A stretch of DNA of 64,000 nt from Bacillota bacterium. Its GTDB lineage: Bacteria; Bacillota; Sulfobacillia; JAJYWN01. Location: positions 1,015-65,014 of the forward strand of contig JAJYWN010000011.1 of the NCBI GenBank assembly GCA_021791495.1, written 5' to 3'. A model generated the notes under the pieces. That model had not been told where the DNA came from and searched no databases. It saw only the letters and a list, made by a program, of their open reading frames with translations. This document shows positions 43,170 through 52,751 of this stretch, piece after piece (positions within the stretch are counted from its first letter, which is position 1; each line of letters starts with the position of its first letter). A program made the position numbers and the translations under genes.

Positions 43170-43992
43170 GTCCATCCTCCCGTAAGGTAGCGGCCGGTGC
43201 ACCGGACGCACGGGCGTTCGGTCCCTTCGCGGCGTCCGCCGGTGACGCCGGCTCCGTGGTCGCGGTCGCTTCGGCGCGGCGGTAGAAGATCACCATTTCG
43301 GCGAAAGCGAAAGGCTGCTGCACCATGATACGCCGCTGCCGGACCAGTTCCAGAAGAGCCAGGAAAGTGACTACCACCATGAGGCGAGAACGCCGCGACC
43401 CCACCAGGTCGGTAAAGCTGCAGCCCGCCTTCCGCGTTGCCAGACGGCGGACGATGTCCTGCATTTTCCGACGCACGGAAACCTGCTCCCGCGATATCTC
43501 GGCCGGCTCCTGGGGCGCCGTCGCCACCAGCATCTTCTGAAAGGCCAGCGCCAGTTCGAAGAGGCTGACCTTCGGTGAAAGCAAGGCCTCCCCGGCCTCG
43601 GGCGGGGCGTCGGCCGGATGCGGGTACAGACCCGACCAGGAACTGGCCATTTCGCGCATGTCGGCGGCCACTTCCTTGAAACGGCTGTACTCGGCCAGGT
43701 GCCTCACCAGTTCTTCCCGGGGATCCAGCTCCTCCTCCCCCTCGACGGAGGTGGCGGCCTGTTTGCGCGGCAGGAGCATCCGCGCCTTGATCTCCAGCAG
43801 GGTGGCCGCCATGACCAGGAACTCACTGGCGACTTCCAGGTCCAGCACCTGCATCTCGGACAGGTAGTCCAGATATTGGCCGGTCACCCGGGCGATGGGG
43901 ATATCGTAGATGTTGATCTGGTCCTTCTCACAAAGATGCAGCAGAAGGTCCAGGGGCCCCTCGAATATCTCCAGCTTGACCTGATAAGCCAA
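43153..43992 (-). CDS. scpA: Segregation and condensation protein A
   Basis: FEGPLDLLLHL, EFLVMAATLL.IK.RMLLP, TFLALLEL. Confidence 0.95.
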   Translation of the reverse strand: MAYQVKLEIFEGPLDLLLHLCEKDQINIYDIPIARVTGQYLDYLSEMQVLDLEVASEFLVMAATLLEIKARMLLPRKQAATSVEGEEELDPREELVRHLAEYSRFKEVAADMREMASSWSGLYPHPADAPPEAGEALLSPKVSLFELALAFQKMLVATAPQEPAEISREQVSVRRKMQDIVRRLATRKAGCSFTDLVGSRRSRLMVVVTFLALLELVRQRRIMVQQPFAFAEMVIFYRRAEATATTEPASPADAAKGPNARASGAPAATLREDGHDQPH

Positions 43993-44009
43993 AGGGACTC
44001 CCCCGCCCG

Positions 44010-44996
44010 TTACTGCTGTATGCGCATGGCCCGGCGGACTTCCTCTACCGTCTCGGCCGCCCATTTCCGGGCCTTGTCGCGGCCGGCGGCCAGAATGTCA
44101 TCCAGGACTTCCGGCCGGCTTTCGTAATAACGGCGCCTCTCGGCCAGGGGGCCGATACGTCCCGCCAGCCGGTCGGCCAAGTCGCGCTTGCATTGCACGC
44201 AGCCGAAAGCACCTTTCACACAGCCCTCCGCAATCTCCTGCACCCGTTCCGAGGAGAAGATCTTATGGAAGGCGTGGACCGTGCAGACATCGGGGTGGCC
44301 CGGGTCGGCTTTCCGGATGCGTGCGGGGTCGGTGATCATCATCTGGACTTTCTGCCGGACCACGGCCTCGTCGGCCGACATGGGGATGTCGTTGCCATAA
44401 CTCTTGCTCATCTTCCGGCCGTCAACCCCGGGGAGTAGCTTGACTTCCGTGAGCAGGGCCTGCGGTTCGGGCAGCACGGGCCCGTAGATGGAATTGAAGC
44501 GGCGCGCCACTTCGCGGGTGAGTTCCAGGTGCGGCAGTTGGTCCTCGCCCACGGGGACGTAACCGGCCTTGAAGATGAGGATGTCGGCCGCCTGGAGCAT
44601 GGGGTAACCGAGAAAACCGTAGGTGTGAATTTCCCGGCCTTCGAGCTGCTGGAGTTGCTCCTTATAGGTTGGTACCCTCTCCAGCCAGGCGATGGGCGTG
44701 ATCATGGACAGGAGCAGGTGCAGCTCGGCAATCTCCTTCACGTCCGATTGAAGGTACATCGTGCACCGCTCCGGGTCCAGCCCGGCCGACAGCCAGTCCA
44801 CCAAAAGCCCGCGCACGTTCGCCGTGAGGTCTTTCGTGTCCTCGTACCCGGTGGTCAGGGCGTGCCAGTCGACGATGGCGAAAAAGCAGTCGTAAGTGTC
44901 CTGCAGCCGGACCCAATTCTCCAGGGCTCCAAGATAATTGCCGAGATGCAACCGCCCCGTGGGGCGCATGCCGCTCATGATCCGTTGGCGGGCCAT
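44010..44996 (-). CDS. trpS: Tryptophan--tRNA ligase
   Basis: SGMRPTG.LHLGN, YPMLQAADI, VPVGEDQ, KMSKS. Confidence 0.97.
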   Translation of the reverse strand: MARQRIMSGMRPTGRLHLGNYLGALENWVRLQDTYDCFFAIVDWHALTTGYEDTKDLTANVRGLLVDWLSAGLDPERCTMYLQSDVKEIAELHLLLSMITPIAWLERVPTYKEQLQQLEGREIHTYGFLGYPMLQAADILIFKAGYVPVGEDQLPHLELTREVARRFNSIYGPVLPEPQALLTEVKLLPGVDGRKMSKSYGNDIPMSADEAVVRQKVQMMITDPARIRKADPGHPDVCTVHAFHKIFSSERVQEIAEGCVKGAFGCVQCKRDLADRLAGRIGPLAERRRYYESRPEVLDDILAAGRDKARKWAAETVEEVRRAMRIQQ

Positions 44997-45016
44997 AGCC
45001 TTAGCTTACCTCCCAG

Positions 45017-45679
45017 TCAAAATGGCAGACCGAACAGGCGCGCCACGCCCTCAACGCCCACGAGGACTACACCGGTGACGGCCGAGATGAAGGGGCCGAG
45101 CACGTAGCGCACGGCTCCGGAAAAGACCAGCACGAACAGGACCAACGGACCGTAAGGGGCCAGGTTCTCCACCGCCCGCGCCTGGTTTTCCGGTAGAAGG
45201 CCGATGAGCACGTTGGCGCCGTCCAGGGGTGGTACCGGGATCAGGTTAAAGGCCGCGAGCGTGATGTTGATGGAGAGCGCGTACCGGATGATGTCGCCGA
45301 CGTAATGCACGTTCGCCACGAAGGGTATCCGCAGAAAACCGGAAACCAAGAGAACGCCAAGGAAAAAGGCGGCAATGACGTTCGCCAGCGGGCCGGCGGC
45401 GGCGATGAAGGTCATGTCACGGCGTGGGTGGCGCAAGTTCCGGGGGTCGATCTGCACGGGCTTGGCCCACCCGAAACCGTAGAAAAGGAGCAAAAGCGTG
45501 CCGATGAGGTCCAGATGAGCCATGGGGTCCAGCGTCAACCGTCCCTGCAGGCGCGGAGTGGAATCGCCCAGGGACACGGCGGCGCGCGCGTGCGCATATT
45601 CGTGGACCGAAAAAGCCAGGACCAAACCGGGCAAGAGCAAAACCAGATGAGATAGGTCGAACCCCTGCAAGAAATCCAC
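45017..45679 (-). CDS. Site-2 protease (M50) family protein
   Basis: HEYAH, FGWAKPV, AGP..N, FNLIP.PPLDG. Confidence 0.92.
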   Translation of the reverse strand: MDFLQGFDLSHLVLLLPGLVLAFSVHEYAHARAAVSLGDSTPRLQGRLTLDPMAHLDLIGTLLLLFYGFGWAKPVQIDPRNLRHPRRDMTFIAAAGPLANVIAAFFLGVLLVSGFLRIPFVANVHYVGDIIRYALSINITLAAFNLIPVPPLDGANVLIGLLPENQARAVENLAPYGPLVLFVLVFSGAVRYVLGPFISAVTGVVLVGVEGVARLFGLPF

Positions 45680-45749
45680 TCCTAGGTCGGCGGCGTCTCG
45701 GCGCCCGCGGCGCCGGTCCCTGCCAGGCTGTCTCCGGCAAGCTCCCCTC

Positions 45750-45758
45750 ATTATACCA
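45750..45758 (-). promoter_or_regulatory. Extended -10 sigma-A promoter element for the site-2 protease-trpS-scpAB operon
   Basis: TGgTATAAT. Confidence 0.55.
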
Positions 45759-45828
45759 TAGGAAAAGAAATGGAGCGCCACGCGGCGCTCCACCCCGTGA
45801 GCCACTCTTGAAGAGTAGGCCTATCTCC

Positions 45829-46035
45829 CTATCGCCAGGACGCGTCGCCTCGCCTGGCCACCACTCTTTCGGCGACCTCAAGCATCTTCTGGACTCCGGG
45901 ACCCCGCTGCGTGGAACCTATCTGGTGGGCTTTCCGTCCACTGTGCTGAAATTCGTTGGAGACCTGCCGCCGCAGGTCGGCCAGATAGTCATCAGCCCCT
46001 ACGACCAACGGTTTGCGCCGTTTCCGAGCCACCAT
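45829..46035 (-). CDS. Alpha/beta-type small acid-soluble spore protein-like
   Basis: RKPLVVGADDYLADLRRQVSNEF...G..VQKMLEVAER resembles the SASP pattern; sigma-F-like GGGAAAACT upstream. Confidence 0.55.
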   Translation of the reverse strand: MVARKRRKPLVVGADDYLADLRRQVSNEFQHSGRKAHQIGSTQRGPGVQKMLEVAERVVARRGDASWR

Positions 46036-46135
46036 GCCCAAGCCCCCCGCCCGCGTCGTTTCTTTCAAACCTGAGTTTTCCCCGGTTCGGACGGTTTAGG
46101 CCACGGACACCCCATCGGTTTCCTGGAGGCGAGCC

Positions 46136-46891
46136 TCAGGACGCGGCAGCTTGCGAAGGGATGGTTGAGGCGATTTTCGCTACCAATTCCACGCGGGAAG
46201 CCACCAGGGCGGGATCGGAAACCTTGCCGTTCTCATGGAGGAAAACTCCGTACTTGGTGACTTCAATTCCGCGGAAGCCGGTGGACCCCGCCTCTAAGAT
46301 CCTGTTCTGGATCTCGGGCGAGAGAACGGACTTGATTTCATCGTCGACCCGGCCGAGCACCCAGAACCGGCCATCGAAGGCAGCGTTGCCCGTAGCGATG
46401 CGATGCCCTTTGGGCTCGGTTTTCACCACGCTGCGGTCTTGAATGGTGAAACCTTGCAGCTTCGAGTCGCGGTAGGCCGAGATGCGTGTGGCATCGGGGG
46501 CCGCGGTGTCAAAGTCCACCGCCAACGGCACCCGCACCATAACGAAGGAGCCGCCGTACTCGCCCGCGGCATACGGGTAGCGGCCGTCTACCTTCCACTT
46601 GAAGACATCGCGGTCCTTCGTGTAACGCAGCTGGGCAGTGACCTTCCCCGTCTTGTCATCCGCCGCCGTCCCTACATAGGTCAGCCCTAACCGGGAGGCC
46701 ACCTCTTTCAAGGTGGCGGCGAAGCGACGGCTGGCGTAGATCAAGACAGCGGCCTGGAAGGCGCCGCCCACCAGAACAAGGATGACCACCGACCGGCTGC
46801 CCCATGGAGCCGGGATCAAGGCGAACACCGCGACCGCCAGGACCGCCACCACAGCCCACAGGATGATGGTAAGACGCTTTTCCAACGACAC
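46136..46891 (-). CDS. Hypothetical membrane protein (two N-terminal TM helices)
   Basis: GGAGG RBS; TM hairpin followed by a soluble domain. Confidence 0.7.
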   Translation of the reverse strand: MSLEKRLTIILWAVVAVLAVAVFALIPAPWGSRSVVILVLVGGAFQAAVLIYASRRFAATLKEVASRLGLTYVGTAADDKTGKVTAQLRYTKDRDVFKWKVDGRYPYAAGEYGGSFVMVRVPLAVDFDTAAPDATRISAYRDSKLQGFTIQDRSVVKTEPKGHRIATGNAAFDGRFWVLGRVDDEIKSVLSPEIQNRILEAGSTGFRGIEVTKYGVFLHENGKVSDPALVASRVELVAKIASTIPSQAAAS

Positions 46892-46954
46892 CGGGACCGC
46901 CTCCCTTTATAGATGAGGTTTCCAGTCGGACCCGGTTAGAGAATACGCCGCGCC

Positions 46955-47233
46955 TTAGTCCCCTGCCTTCTTTTCCGAAGCTTTGGCGGGCGTTGATGAG
47001 GACGTTGAGGAAACGGACCCCGCCTGCTCCTGCTTAGCCTTGGTCTTGTATTCAGACGAGCGGTAGTCGGTGTTGTGGAACCCGTCGCACTTATATAGTA
47101 CCATCACGTTCCGGCCAACCAGCTTTTTCACCGGGCTCCCACAGGCCGGGCAAGTGGCCAGGGGTTCCGCCTTAATGCTTTGGACAAGTTCGAAGACCCC
47201 GCATTTCGGGCAGCTATATTCGTAAGTCGGCAC
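46955..47233 (-). CDS. FmdB-family zinc-ribbon protein
   Basis: PTYEYSCPKCG...CPACG...GFHNTDY. Confidence 0.88.
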   Translation of the reverse strand: MPTYEYSCPKCGVFELVQSIKAEPLATCPACGSPVKKLVGRNVMVLYKCDGFHNTDYRSSEYKTKAKQEQAGSVSSTSSSTPAKASEKKAGD

Positions 47234-47352
47234 TGCGGCTGACCCCCTTTGCAGCAGATTTCTTGCACAGTTTCTTATATAGGTCAGTCCAGCGTCGTTT
47301 GTCAACAGCTACGCCTCGCCTATGAGGCTAGATGGTCGTGTGCACCATCATA

Positions 47353-47661
47353 TTAGTCTTGGCTTTTCTCGCTTTTTTCCTGCTCTGGGCGAGAAGCCCG
47401 GTCTTTGGACGACCCTTCCTCCTCAGCCCTGGAGCCGGCTTCAAACTGGGCCTTTGCGGCGAGGTTTAGCATCTCCAGGTCGAAACGGCCTGGAGACATC
47501 GCGTTGATTGCCGCGGGGCTGATGGAGGTTGCATCCTCGGCACCCGATCGCGTCAGCCCCTGCCACCGGGTGTCTCCGCCGGCTCCGCCCGTCAGATGCT
47601 CGGAATACTCGGAATGCCCAGAATCCTGCCGCCGGCCGCCTTTATCCTGCTTGTCGTTCAT
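47353..47661 (-). CDS. Small hydrophilic hypothetical protein
   Basis: AGGAGGG RBS before ATG; low-complexity sequence. Confidence 0.55.
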   Translation of the reverse strand: MNDKQDKGGRRQDSGHSEYSEHLTGGAGGDTRWQGLTRSGAEDATSISPAAINAMSPGRFDLEMLNLAAKAQFEAGSRAEEEGSSKDRASRPEQEKSEKSQD

Positions 47662-47800
47662 GACAAACCCTCCTTGCGGGGCTTTTCCTTTGCAGACGAT
47701 CGTCGAACCATCGTCGGTTGCTCGCGGTCCTTAGGTTGCCCCACCTTTCATGGACAACGCGTTGTGGAGGCGACGCGGACTGCGGTAGAATGGTGGCAGT

Positions 47801-48544
47801 ATGCTGTACCTGGTAGCCACGCCCATCGGAAATCTGGAAGACCTGAGCTTCCGCGCGGCGCGCATTCTTAAGGAAGCCGACGTGCTGGCGTGCGAGGACA
47901 CGCGGCGCACGCGCATCCTCCTAGAGCACTACTCGATCTCCGCGCCGCGCGTACTCATGTCTTACCACGAGCACAACGAGGCCAAGGCCGGCGACACCAT
48001 CCTGGATTACTTGGACCGCGGGATGAACGTGGCCCTCGTGACTGACGGAGGGTACCCCGCCATCAGCGACCCGGGCTATCGGGTGGTGAGCGAGGCGCGC
48101 CGGCGCGGGTTGCGCGTCGAAGTGATCCCGGGGGCGGGCGCGGTGGAGACGTCGCTGGTGGCCTCGGGGCTCCCCACTTCAAGTTACACCTTCAAGGGGT
48201 TCCCTCCCACCAAGCCGGGGCCGCGGCGCCGCTTCTTCGAAGCCGAACGTGATCTACCCCATACGCTGGTGGTCTTCGAATCACCACTTCGCGTAGGCAA
48301 GATGCTCGACGACGCCCTGGCGGCCCTGGGGGACCGCCAGGCGGCGGTTTGTGTAGAAATGACCAAGATGTTCGAGGAAGTCCACGGCGGCTACTTGTCG
48401 GACCTGGCCTCGAAATTTCGCGAAGCCAAGATCCGCGGCGAGGTTACGGTCGTCATCGCTGGGAACAACCCCAAGTTCGCGCGGGGCGGGGCGCCCTCGT
48501 CGACGACGGAGGTCCGAGAAGGGATGCCGCCCTCTCGCTCTTAG
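47801..48544 (+). CDS. rsmI: 16S rRNA (cytidine1402-2'-O)-methyltransferase
   Basis: LYLVATPIGNLED, ACEDTR, DGG.P.ISDPG, FES, TK.FEE. Confidence 0.95.
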   Translation: MLYLVATPIGNLEDLSFRAARILKEADVLACEDTRRTRILLEHYSISAPRVLMSYHEHNEAKAGDTILDYLDRGMNVALVTDGGYPAISDPGYRVVSEARRRGLRVEVIPGAGAVETSLVASGLPTSSYTFKGFPPTKPGPRRRFFEAERDLPHTLVVFESPLRVGKMLDDALAALGDRQAAVCVEMTKMFEEVHGGYLSDLASKFREAKIRGEVTVVIAGNNPKFARGGAPSSTTEVREGMPPSRS

Positions 48545-49041
48545 AAACGCCCCCGGAAAAACATCTCGTCGGCGGGCATTTTGGCCTTGCATTGCCCTTC
48601 TCCCTCATAGCGACCGACGGCCATCATCATCACCGGCCAGCCCGGCGCGGCCCCGCCGATCATGCCCGGGACTTCATCCCTGGCGAAGGTACCCAACCAG
48701 CACGTGCCGAGCCCCAGGGCCCAGGCCATGGTCTCCATTTGGGTCATCGAGATGAAGACGTCGGCGGTGGCCCCCCGGCTTTCCACGTTAGTGGACCACC
48801 CCAGGATCAGTAGACCGGCTTTCGCCGCGAAGGGGTTCATTTTCGCCGCCTGGGCGAAACGGGCCACTTCCTCGCGACCATGGATCAAGATAAACCGGCG
48901 TGCCTGCCGGTTACTGGACGAGGCCGCCCAACGGCCCGCCTCTTCGATAAAGTGCAGCTCTTCGTCGGTGAGGGGTTCACCAGTGAAGGTACGGACGCTC
49001 CTTCTCTTCTGGAACTGTTGCAGCAGCTCTTGGGGTGTCAT
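48541..49041 (-). CDS. Nitroreductase-family protein
   Basis: RRSVRTF, A.SS.N.Q, LGLGTCW. Confidence 0.88.
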   Translation of the reverse strand: MTPQELLQQFQKRRSVRTFTGEPLTDEELHFIEEAGRWAASSSNRQARRFILIHGREEVARFAQAAKMNPFAAKAGLLILGWSTNVESRGATADVFISMTQMETMAWALGLGTCWLGTFARDEVPGMIGGAAPGWPVMMMAVGRYEGEGQCKAKMPADEMFFRGRF

Positions 49042-49103
49042 CTTTTCCCATCCTCCTAGGACAACTCGTATGTGGTGCCGTCTTCCTCTCGGATATCGGC
49101 CGT

Positions 49104-49823
49104 CTACTTCCTTCCCCAAAAAACGGAATATCGCGATACACAGGCCACCGGCCCGGAGCGCAGGTCTCTTTCCAGCAGATCGACGCCACGGCGCCAGGCT
49201 TCCTCAGATATGAGGTGTAGGCTGGAAAAGGCCTTCTCACGGTAGGCCTGGCTGCTCTCGAGGCCATAGGGAAACTCCTCTAACCCTTCTCCAGCGTCCC
49301 GGAACCCGACGTCCCTCATCCATTTTAGCACCTCGGCGCTCTTCGGGTAGCGCCGCAACTCGGCCTCGACCGTTTCCGGGAAGTACCGGGAAAGGGGCAC
49401 CCGAGCGCGGATGACTTCCTCCGAGTCGGTTACGGTGCAGACCCTGCCTCCCGGTCTCAGGACACGGAAGGCTTCCGCGAAGTACTGCGCCCGCCCTTGG
49501 ACGTGGTGAATGACGTCCACCGAATAGACCAGGTCGAAGGCAGCGTCGGGGAAGTCCAGTCCTTCAGCCCACCCCCGACGGAAGGTGGCCGGGACCGCTT
49601 TCTCCCCGGCGCGGGCCAGCATCTCCTCAGACGGGTCGATGCCCCAGGCCCGGCATCCCGTGGCTGAAACTATGGCTGCGAGGTAGTTGGCCGTTCCGCA
49701 CCCGACCTCAAGGACGTCCGAGGTCTCACCCACCTCACCCCTCTCCAGGAGATTGCGAAGGACCCCAGGATGGACCCGGCGGTGCCGGGCGTATTCCTGC
49801 GACAGCCTGTTATAATCAATCAC
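49104..49823 (-). CDS. Class I SAM-dependent methyltransferase
   Basis: VLEVGCGT, FDLV, RVLRPGG. Confidence 0.88.
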   Translation of the reverse strand: MIDYNRLSQEYARHRRVHPGVLRNLLERGEVGETSDVLEVGCGTANYLAAIVSATGCRAWGIDPSEEMLARAGEKAVPATFRRGWAEGLDFPDAAFDLVYSVDVIHHVQGRAQYFAEAFRVLRPGGRVCTVTDSEEVIRARVPLSRYFPETVEAELRRYPKSAEVLKWMRDVGFRDAGEGLEEFPYGLESSQAYREKAFSSLHLISEEAWRRGVDLLERDLRSGPVACVSRYSVFWGRK

Positions 49824-51130
49824 GTGACCATCTCCTTGATAGCGGGGTCACCGATCTCCTTGGCGACACTCATATACTCCTGGGCCACCAGGGCGGGGAG
49901 ACTCAAGGCCACCGCCTCCGCCAGAGGTAGCCAGGCATATCGGTCGTGCTCACGTGACAACCTCACGGTGGCATCCTTTTCCGCCTCAAGCCAGTAAACA
50001 GGCCAGTCCCGGTTGTCACCTGACGCCTGGACGCAGGTGTCAGCGCTAAGGCCCGTCTCCTCCTTCAACTCCCGCGCGGCACAGTGGTCCACTGTCTCAT
50101 CCGGGAGGCGCGCGCCGGCCGCCGGTCCCCAGGCCCAATTGCTGTCGTAGCCGGGACCCTCGTGGCTCCGGTGGAGGGCAAGGTACTCAAAGCGCCCCCT
50201 TGACCTCCGAAAGACCACGACGGCGCAGCCGTAAGGTGGACCCCCGCTGACCGGGGCGCCGTCATAGGTACGTTCGTGGTACAGGCCCGACCAATGGCTC
50301 AGATCGCATTCTTCGAAGACTTGCGGCGTGATGACCTGGACTTCAGGGCGGATGTCGCTCAACAGCCGCCGAAAAACCCCTACGTCCATCCTGCGTAGGG
50401 GCGGCCAGGCGAGGGCCGGTGGGTGTAGCATGGGGCGAGGCTGTTGCCCAGCCGGGCCCAATGAGCGGAACAGGTCGTCCCAATGGATGGGGATAACGAC
50501 CCGCGCGCCGGAGGTTTCGAGCAAACGGCGGTAGTAACCTGGCCGCTTATGGACCGCCACTGCCACGATGGGAGCCGGCCGCACTTCCTCCGGCTTCTCG
50601 CCCGCCAGCGATAGGAGCGGCTTCCCACCGACGAAGAACCGAAACCCCAAACAAACATCCATCCGGTAATCCCCGGCTCGCGCTGGGAAACGGAGACCGG
50701 GTGGCAATGGACCAGCGTTGTAGGGGCGGCCCAAAACGGTGCCGTGGGTGGTTTCGAAGACCTCCACGCGGAAGGCTCCCAGATCGACGCTGTCTCCAGG
50801 ATGCACTTCTCTGATCGTTCGCGAGTCCACCCCGGCAGCCTGCGCCAGACGGCAAGTGTTGGCAGACCCGAGGACCATCGCCCCGGTCGCCTTGGCCAGG
50901 TCCGGTGCGTCCAGCAGATGGTCCCAGTGCGCATGGGTGACCAGGATGTGGCTGCACCGGGGCACGTGCCGAGAAGCCAGGCCGGTAATGGGGCTCACCC
51001 GCCCCAGCCACAGGCGCCAGAAGGGGAAACGGCTGAAAAAGGGGTCGACGACCACCGTGGTCCATCCGGCCCGGAGTTCCAAGCCGGCCGCACCCAGCCA
51101 TCGTAGGACTACCTTGCCACTCTCCGGCAT
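49820..51130 (-). CDS. MBL-fold metallohydrolase fused to a C-terminal NUDIX domain
   Basis: THAHWDH and PIHWD MBL motifs; Nudix box GARLPDETVDHCAARELKEETG. Confidence 0.8.
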   Translation of the reverse strand: MPESGKVVLRWLGAAGLELRAGWTTVVVDPFFSRFPFWRLWLGRVSPITGLASRHVPRCSHILVTHAHWDHLLDAPDLAKATGAMVLGSANTCRLAQAAGVDSRTIREVHPGDSVDLGAFRVEVFETTHGTVLGRPYNAGPLPPGLRFPARAGDYRMDVCLGFRFFVGGKPLLSLAGEKPEEVRPAPIVAVAVHKRPGYYRRLLETSGARVVIPIHWDDLFRSLGPAGQQPRPMLHPPALAWPPLRRMDVGVFRRLLSDIRPEVQVITPQVFEECDLSHWSGLYHERTYDGAPVSGGPPYGCAVVVFRRSRGRFEYLALHRSHEGPGYDSNWAWGPAAGARLPDETVDHCAARELKEETGLSADTCVQASGDNRDWPVYWLEAEKDATVRLSREHDRYAWLPLAEAVALSLPALVAQEYMSVAKEIGDPAIKEMVT

Positions 51131-51149
51131 GACTCGGTTACTTCCACGC

Positions 51150-52559
51150 TCAGAATCCGCGGGCCTGCTTCAGCCTCCGGTCGAACTCCATGACTTCGTC
51201 CTGCTCGGCTACCCACCACTCCTGGCTGCGCTGTGCGTCCAGCTCCCGCACCGTCTTGCCGTGCTGCTCCACCCACGTGTAGTATTTCAGATTCAGCCAG
51301 CGACGCCTTTGGTGCTCGGTCCCTTCCTGGACCCAGTCCGTTTTCACACCGTGGAAGATGCTTTCAAGGTAGACGGCCGCACGGCCGCGGTCCACGGACC
51401 CGTACTCGAGTTCCATGTCGCCCATGACCGATTGGTAGCGGTCCAACGCGTCCGTGGCCACGGTGATCACGTTATCCCGGGGGCCGAGGCCGTAGAACTT
51501 GGCCGTCTTGACGGCCCCCAGGATGTTCGCCACGCCCGAGATGCCGACCAGCTGCCCCAGCTTCTCCACGAGTCCGGGGCTCACTCCAGCTTCTCCCGCC
51601 AGGTATTCGCGGCCGGCCGGAGCGCTCAGAAGTTGCAGCCCCTTCTTGCACTCCAGGTCATCCACGGCCATCACCGCGTCCATGTTCATCACGTTGTGAA
51701 TCCAACTGACGTGTTTGTCACCGATCCCTTGGATGGCGTGGCTCCCATACCCGTTCTCGAACAAGGTCGGGCACTGGACCGGCTCCAGGCCCACGATACG
51801 ACAGTCGCGGAACACCTGCTTACAGCGGTCGCCGGCGGCGATGGTCCCCGCCGAACCCATGGCGGAGACGAAGGCGGCGATCTGGCCATCGCCCAGCCCC
51901 TGGCGGTTCAAGTCCACGGCCGCCTCCACCGCACTGCCGCCGGTGACATGGTGGTGGAAGCGGTAGTTGGCCATCTCTTGGAACTGGTTGAGCACCCGGA
52001 TACGCGCGTCCTTGGCCAGCTCCCGGCAGGCGTCGTAGATTTCTTTGACGTTACTTTCGGAACCGGGCGTACGCATCACCCGCGCCCCGTAGGAGGCGAT
52101 GCCCTCAAACCTTTCGCGGCTCATGTCTTCCGGCATGACTACCACGGAGGCGTACCCCAGGCGCGGACCCAACCAAGCTCCGCCAATGCCGTAGTTCCCG
52201 GTCGACGGCCAGACCAGGGTGTGTTCACCCGGCCTGATCTCGCCGGCCAGTTGCTTCTCCATGGCCACCGCGTAGGTGGCGCCCACCTTATGGCTGCCGG
52301 TGGGAAACTCCCGGCCGTACAGGACGAGGATGTTGGCGTCTACCCCCGTGAGGGCTTTCTCCAGTACGAAATAGCGAACCCTCCCCGACGCGTCTTTCCA
52401 GGTGATATTGAAAAGGTTCACCGGGTCGAGCGGAGCCGTGTCCCTAAGCAGCAGAGCCCGGTGCCGGACCTCCGCGGGCATCCGCTCGGGGTGCAGCATT
52501 TCCTCGAAGGTGGGGCCGAAAACGGGTGCCGGTCCGGCCGAAGTGTGCGCCGTCTCCAT
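51150..52559 (-). CDS. PLP-dependent enzyme, cysteine synthase/threonine dehydratase-like (fold type II)
   Basis: PTGSHKVG, STGNYG, GSAGT, IQGIG; RBS AAAGGAG. Confidence 0.85.
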   Translation of the reverse strand: METAHTSAGPAPVFGPTFEEMLHPERMPAEVRHRALLLRDTAPLDPVNLFNITWKDASGRVRYFVLEKALTGVDANILVLYGREFPTGSHKVGATYAVAMEKQLAGEIRPGEHTLVWPSTGNYGIGGAWLGPRLGYASVVVMPEDMSRERFEGIASYGARVMRTPGSESNVKEIYDACRELAKDARIRVLNQFQEMANYRFHHHVTGGSAVEAAVDLNRQGLGDGQIAAFVSAMGSAGTIAAGDRCKQVFRDCRIVGLEPVQCPTLFENGYGSHAIQGIGDKHVSWIHNVMNMDAVMAVDDLECKKGLQLLSAPAGREYLAGEAGVSPGLVEKLGQLVGISGVANILGAVKTAKFYGLGPRDNVITVATDALDRYQSVMGDMELEYGSVDRGRAAVYLESIFHGVKTDWVQEGTEHQRRRWLNLKYYTWVEQHGKTVRELDAQRSQEWWVAEQDEVMEFDRRLKQARGF

Positions 52560-52751
52560 GGATACTCTCCTTTTTCCGTCATCCGCCCTTGAGGATACCC
52601 CATTCTCCTTCTCGTTGCCATCCCTCTCTCCACCAGCATCTTCCTTCCAGTCAATGGTTTGCCTGTTTAGACCGCCGGAGGTATACTTGGCGAGAGGCGA
52701 TGCGCTACGGACCATTATCTACTCATATCACTTGAGCAACTTGGCTTTTCG

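Noticed and set aside
44997-45830. T-box riboswitch expected upstream of trpS
   Set aside because: Only 20 bp separate trpS from the upstream protease gene, and no T-box consensus is seen upstream of the operon.
50739-52592. Long + strand ORF (617 aa), and similar ones at 30904-32247, 26806-28212, 21226-22551 and 11221-12360
   Set aside because: Antisense shadow ORFs of well-supported genes, as expected in high-GC DNA.
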